Positions 31,569-35,209 of a DNA stretch of 35,209 bases are shown in pieces. The DNA is taken from the sequence record DRR723986_12945; one strand, given 5' to 3'. The notes beneath the pieces were generated by a model. It saw only the letters and a list, made by a program, of their open reading frames with translations. It made no database searches and was not told where the DNA came from. A program made the translations under genes and the position numbers. The first letter of the stretch is position 1; each line of letters opens with the position of its first letter.

Positions 31569-32586
31569 ACGGCGAGCCGCTCTCAAGGACCTGAACACCC
31601 TGGGACTGGCCGGGCAGGCTGCCGTACTGGCAACGGTGGGCGATGAACAGCAGCTGCAGGCCGCCCTCGCGCTGGCCGCCGACGAGGGCTTGCCGGCGGT
31701 GGCCCTGGGTGAGGGTAGTAACCTGGTGTTGGCCGGTGACGTCCCCGCGCTCCTGATACGCCAGACAAACCAGGGTCTGCAGCTCCTGCGGGAATCTCCC
31801 GATACGGTTGACCTTCGTGTCGCTGCCGGCGAAAACTGGCACGAATTGGTGCGCCGGGCGCTCGCCCGGGGCTTCTTTGGCCTGGAGAACCTCGCCCTGA
31901 TACCGGGTACGGTAGGTGCCGCTCCGGTTCAGAACATCGGGGCCTACGGAGTCGAACTGGACCAGTTCGTGCTCGCTGTTCACGGTGTGTCCGTAGCCGA
32001 CGCTAAGGCGGTGACACTGTCGGCGGAGGAGTGCCAGTTCGCTTATCGCGACAGTCTGTTCAAGCGCGAACTGCGTGATCGCTTTATCATCACTGCCGTT
32101 GACCTGCGCCTATCGAAGGTTCCGGCACCCAGAGCAGACTATCCCTCCCTGGCAGCGGAACTGGACCGGCGTGGTGGCACGGTAAGCCCGCAGGCGTTAT
32201 TTGACGCGGTGGTGGCGGTGCGACGCTCCCGACTGCCAGACCCTGCAGAGATTCCCAATGCCGGCAGTTTCTTTAAAAACCCGGTTGAAGGCCACGCGCG
32301 TGCGGCGTACCTGCGGACCCGCTTTCCGGAACTGCCGGCATTCCCCCAGGCAGATGGGCGGGTCAAGCTGTCTGCAGCCTGGATGATCGAGTACTGCGGC
32401 TGGAAGGGCCGTGAGCAAAACGGCGTTGCAGTGCACGATGAGCACGCCCTGGTGCTGGTAAATCGCGGGGCGAACTCGGGTGCTGCGCTGCTGGCACTGG
32501 CCGCGGCGATCCAGCGAGACGTGCAGCAGGTGTTTGGTTATCTGCTCGAAATCGAGCCCAGGGTCATCGGTGAACCCAGTGACTGA
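31558..32586 (+). CDS. murB: UDP-N-acetylenolpyruvoylglucosamine reductase
   Basis: LNTLG, GEGSNL, GLENLALIPGTVGAAPVQNIGAYG, YRDSLFK, PNAGSFFKNP, HALVLVN, LEIEP. Confidence 0.96.
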   Translation: MRVERRAALKDLNTLGLAGQAAVLATVGDEQQLQAALALAADEGLPAVALGEGSNLVLAGDVPALLIRQTNQGLQLLRESPDTVDLRVAAGENWHELVRRALARGFFGLENLALIPGTVGAAPVQNIGAYGVELDQFVLAVHGVSVADAKAVTLSAEECQFAYRDSLFKRELRDRFIITAVDLRLSKVPAPRADYPSLAAELDRRGGTVSPQALFDAVVAVRRSRLPDPAEIPNAGSFFKNPVEGHARAAYLRTRFPELPAFPQADGRVKLSAAWMIEYCGWKGREQNGVAVHDEHALVLVNRGANSGAALLALAAAIQRDVQQVFGYLLEIEPRVIGEPSD

Positions 32587-34405
32587 GTTTGACCATAAAG
32601 CCTTTCTCAAGTCTCTGACCAGGCGCCCGGGCGTTTACCAGATGTATAACGATCAGGGCGAACTGCTTTATGTCGGCAAGGCGCGCAACCTGCGCAACCG
32701 GGTTGGCAGCTATTTTCGGGCCAGCGGCCTCACCGACAAGACCCTGGCGCTGGTGGCCCGGATCAGGGATATCCAGGTAACGGTAACGTCCACCGAAGTC
32801 GATGCCCTGCTGTTGGAACACAACCTGATCAAATCCCATCAGCCGCCCTATAACATCCTGCTGCGTGACGATAAGTCCTACCCCTATATTTTCATTTCGA
32901 GCAAGGACAAGTTTCCCCGGCTGGCCCTGCATCGCGGCACCAAGCGGCGCAAGGGGACCTATTTCGGACCGTATCCCAGTGCCGGCGCGGTGCGTGAATC
33001 CCTGCATTTCCTGCAGAAGGTGTTCAAGGTTCGCCAGTGTGAGGACAGCTACTTCCGCAATCGCTCGCGCCCCTGCCTGCAATACCAGATAGACCGCTGC
33101 ACCGGTCCATGCGTCGGTCTGGTGAGTGAGGCTGAGTACGCTGTACAGGTGGAAAACACCGAACTGTTCCTGCGCGGTAAATCACAGGAACTGATGGTGC
33201 GTCTGGCGGACGATATGGAACAGGCGGCAGCGGAACTCGCCTATGAAAAAGCCGCCGTGTGCCGTGACCAGTTGAGCCAGCTACAGCACGTTCAGGCGAG
33301 CCAGGGCATCGAAGGCGCAACGGGCGACCTGGATATCCTGGCGGCTGTGGTGCAGGCCGGCAGGGCCTGTGTGCAGGTGCTCTTCGTACGTGGCGCCCGG
33401 GTCCTGGGTAGCAAGACGTACTATCCACCGCTGAAACTCGAGGAAAGCCCCGCAGAGGTGCTGCAGGCCTTTTTGCCCCAGTACTACCTCTCCGGCGCAC
33501 AGGCCATCCCGCCGGAGATCCTGGTGAACGCGCTGCCGGAAGATGCGGCCACGTTCTCGGAGGCATTCAGCGCTCAGGCGGGCAGGGCAGTCAAGGTACG
33601 GCACCGGGTGCGCGACGCGCGCTCCCGCTGGTTGCAGCTGGCGCAACAGACCGCCGATGCGAATCTCCAGGCGCACCTGGCGGGCAAGCAAACCACCCAG
33701 GAGCGGCTCCAGGCCCTGCAGGAGGTGCTGGAACTGGTGGCGGCGCCAGGGCGTATGGAGTGTTTTGATATCAGTCACAGTTCGGGTGAGGCCACCGTGG
33801 CCTCCTGCGTGGTGTTCGACGAGAACGGCCCCCGCAAATCGGATTACCGCAAGTTCAATATCGAAGGCATCACCCCGGGTGATGATTATGCCGCGATGGA
33901 GCTGGCCCTGCAGCGGCGCTATCGCCGGCTCAAGCGCGGAGAGGGCGCGCTACCGGACATCCTGTTCATCGATGGTGGCAAAGGGCAGGTGGCCCAGGCC
34001 ATGTCTGTGCTGGATGAGCTGGGGATCGATGGTGTTCGGGTGGTTGGCGTTGCCAAGGGTGTGACCCGCAAGGCGGGTTTTGAAACCCTGGTGGAAGGAG
34101 CCACGGGTCGTGAACAGCAATTGCTGGGAGACAGCGCAGCCCTGCACCTGATTCAGCATATTCGCGATGAGGCGCACCGGTTCGCTATAACCGGCCACCG
34201 GGCAAAGCGCGACAAGGCGCGGCAGAAGTCCCTGCTGGAGGACATCCCCGGCGTGGGCGCCAAACGCCGGCGCGAGCTGCTGCGCCATTTCGGCAGCGCG
34301 CGGGGTGTGCAGAATGCCAACGTGGACGAATTAAAAAAAATCAGCGGAATTAGTGCTACCGTGGCGCAACAGATATACGATCACCTGCACAACACGAGCG
34401 ATTGA
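32579..34405 (+). CDS. uvrC: Excinuclease ABC subunit C
   Basis: GIY-YIG domain (PGVYQM...LYVGKA.NL..RV.SYF), DDKSYPY, ECFDISH, IDGGKGQ, RDEAHRFA, HhH IPGVG; GTG at 32579 with GGTGA RBS (32570 is an alternative). Confidence 0.97.
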   Translation: MTEFDHKAFLKSLTRRPGVYQMYNDQGELLYVGKARNLRNRVGSYFRASGLTDKTLALVARIRDIQVTVTSTEVDALLLEHNLIKSHQPPYNILLRDDKSYPYIFISSKDKFPRLALHRGTKRRKGTYFGPYPSAGAVRESLHFLQKVFKVRQCEDSYFRNRSRPCLQYQIDRCTGPCVGLVSEAEYAVQVENTELFLRGKSQELMVRLADDMEQAAAELAYEKAAVCRDQLSQLQHVQASQGIEGATGDLDILAAVVQAGRACVQVLFVRGARVLGSKTYYPPLKLEESPAEVLQAFLPQYYLSGAQAIPPEILVNALPEDAATFSEAFSAQAGRAVKVRHRVRDARSRWLQLAQQTADANLQAHLAGKQTTQERLQALQEVLELVAAPGRMECFDISHSSGEATVASCVVFDENGPRKSDYRKFNIEGITPGDDYAAMELALQRRYRRLKRGEGALPDILFIDGGKGQVAQAMSVLDELGIDGVRVVGVAKGVTRKAGFETLVEGATGREQQLLGDSAALHLIQHIRDEAHRFAITGHRAKRDKARQKSLLEDIPGVGAKRRRELLRHFGSARGVQNANVDELKKISGISATVAQQIYDHLHNTSD

Positions 34406-34423
34406 CTCGGGGGAGAGGCCAGC

Positions 34424-34996
34424 TTGCGTTTCAATGTTCCGAATACCTTGACCATGCTGCGCATCCTGCTGGTGCCGGTGCTGGTCGTGGTGTTCTACCT
34501 GCCGTTCAAGAACCACCTGCTGGTCGCCGCCGGGATATTCGCGGTGGCTGCGGTGACTGACTGGTTTGATGGTTACCTTGCTCGCCGGCTGGGGCAGATG
34601 ACCGCCTTTGGGGCGTTTCTGGATCCCGTGGCCGACAAGCTGATGGTGGCCATTGCGCTGGTGCTGCTGGTGGAGCGCCACGACACCATCCTGTTTACCC
34701 TGGCAGCCTGCGTCATCATTGGCCGCGAGATCGTCATCTCCGCGCTGAGGGAGTGGATGGCGGAACTGGGCGAGCGCACCTCGGTCGCCGTGTCCTATGT
34801 GGGCAAGATCAAAACCGCTTTCCAGATGGTAGCGATCATCGGTCTCCTGGCGATCGACCCAGCCCGGGATGAGAGCTGGCTGCTGGTGCTGTGCTACCTC
34901 CTGCTGTACACCGCGGCGGTCCTCACGCTCTGGTCGATGCTGGTCTATCTAAAGGCCGCCTGGGGCGTCATCAAGGAGCGAGATAAGTCTATTTAA
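34424..34996 (+). CDS. pgsA: CDP-diacylglycerol--glycerol-3-phosphate 3-phosphatidyltransferase
   Basis: PNTLTMLR, TDWFDGYLAR...TAFGAFLDPVADKL, REIVISALREWMA, GKIKT..QM; TTG start with GGAGAGG RBS. Confidence 0.96.
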   Translation: MRFNVPNTLTMLRILLVPVLVVVFYLPFKNHLLVAAGIFAVAAVTDWFDGYLARRLGQMTAFGAFLDPVADKLMVAIALVLLVERHDTILFTLAACVIIGREIVISALREWMAELGERTSVAVSYVGKIKTAFQMVAIIGLLAIDPARDESWLLVLCYLLLYTAAVLTLWSMLVYLKAAWGVIKERDKSI

Positions 34997-35030
34997 TTCA
35001 GGAGCTTAGGGAATATTTCTGGCCCATCGC

Positions 35031-35066
35031 TTGACTTGGCCGGTGCAGTCCATAGAATAGGCGTCC
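35031..35066 (+). promoter_or_regulatory. Stable-RNA-type sigma70 promoter for the tRNA locus
   Basis: TTGACT (35031-35036), 16 bp spacer, TAGAAT (35053-35058), GC-rich discriminator AGGCGTCC. Confidence 0.75.
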
Positions 35067-35077
35067 TTCGCACAAGT

Positions 35078-35154
35078 GCGGGAATAGCTCAGTTGCTAGA
35101 GCGCAACCTTCCGAGGTTGTGGGGGGGCGCCAAGCCTCGCCGGTTCCGGCGACC
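35078..35154 (+). pseudogene. Degenerate tRNA-Gly(GCC)-derived sequence
   Basis: 5' half matches tRNA-Gly (GCGGGAATAGCTCAGTTG.TAGAGCGCAACC), but G19 is C, the anticodon loop is 6 nt (TTCCGA instead of TTGCCAA), there is no GTTCGA T-loop at the expected place and no CCA end. Confidence 0.6.
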
Positions 35155-35181
35155 GTGACGACGGTTTAAACACGTATGAGT

Positions 35182-35209
35182 GCGGGAATAGCTCAGTTGG
35201 TAGAGCGCA
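35182..35209 (+). tRNA. tRNA-Gly (probably GCC), 5' 28 nt only, truncated by the window end
   Basis: GCGGGAATAGCTCAGTTGGTAGAGCGCA is the canonical tRNA-Gly(GCC) 5' end; pgsA followed by tRNA-Gly is conserved synteny. The anticodon is not visible. Confidence 0.8.

Larger units (their letters stand above)
35075..35209 (+). repeat. 31-bp direct repeat (35075-35105 and 35179-35209), period 104 bp
   Basis: AGTGCGGGAATAGCTCAGTTG[C/G]TAGAGCGCA with one mismatch; these are the tandem tRNA-Gly 5' ends. The second copy is cut by the window end. Confidence 0.9.

Noticed and set aside
23946..32578. ORF-track N-terminal extensions of DUF2062, exbB, kdsB, ptpA, murB and uvrC
   Set aside because: They overlap neighbouring genes or promoters; downstream starts fit RBS position and family N-termini better.
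35075..35209. 31-bp direct repeat as a possible CRISPR array
   Set aside because: The repeat is a tRNA-Gly 5' end, there are only two copies, the 73-bp spacer is too long and no cas genes are present.

Overview
GC-rich gammaproteobacterial core-genome segment. Gene content and order resemble the Pseudomonas topA-lexA-mfd-gap-nqr-lol-comEC-kdsB-murB region; a marine Cellvibrionales/Halieaceae-like host is my inference only. Order: 5'-truncated topA, two conserved hypotheticals, lexA (two tandem SOS boxes), DUF6763-like gene, MscS-family channel, methylthioinosine-type phosphorylase, csiV, mfd, long-form GAPDH, nqrABCDEF-apbE-nqrM, lolCDE, DUF2062, comEC, exbB/exbD-like pair, msbA, lpxK, kdsB, LMW phosphatase, murB, uvrC, pgsA, then a tRNA-Gly locus cut by the window end. 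I see no transposase, integrase, prophage, CRISPR array, defence system or novel multi-gene system. The notable signals are small and mostly non-coding: (1) the first tRNA-Gly copy is degenerate yet still hairpin-rich, and sits behind an intact stable-RNA-type promoter; (2) a canonical intrinsic terminator lies inside the apbE signal-peptide coding sequence; (3) nqrA has a long, potentially structured leader; (4) several usual neighbours are missing (sulA, psrA/nagZ, ycaR, uvrY/gacA). Several start codons were moved from the ORF track using RBS position and family N-termini.
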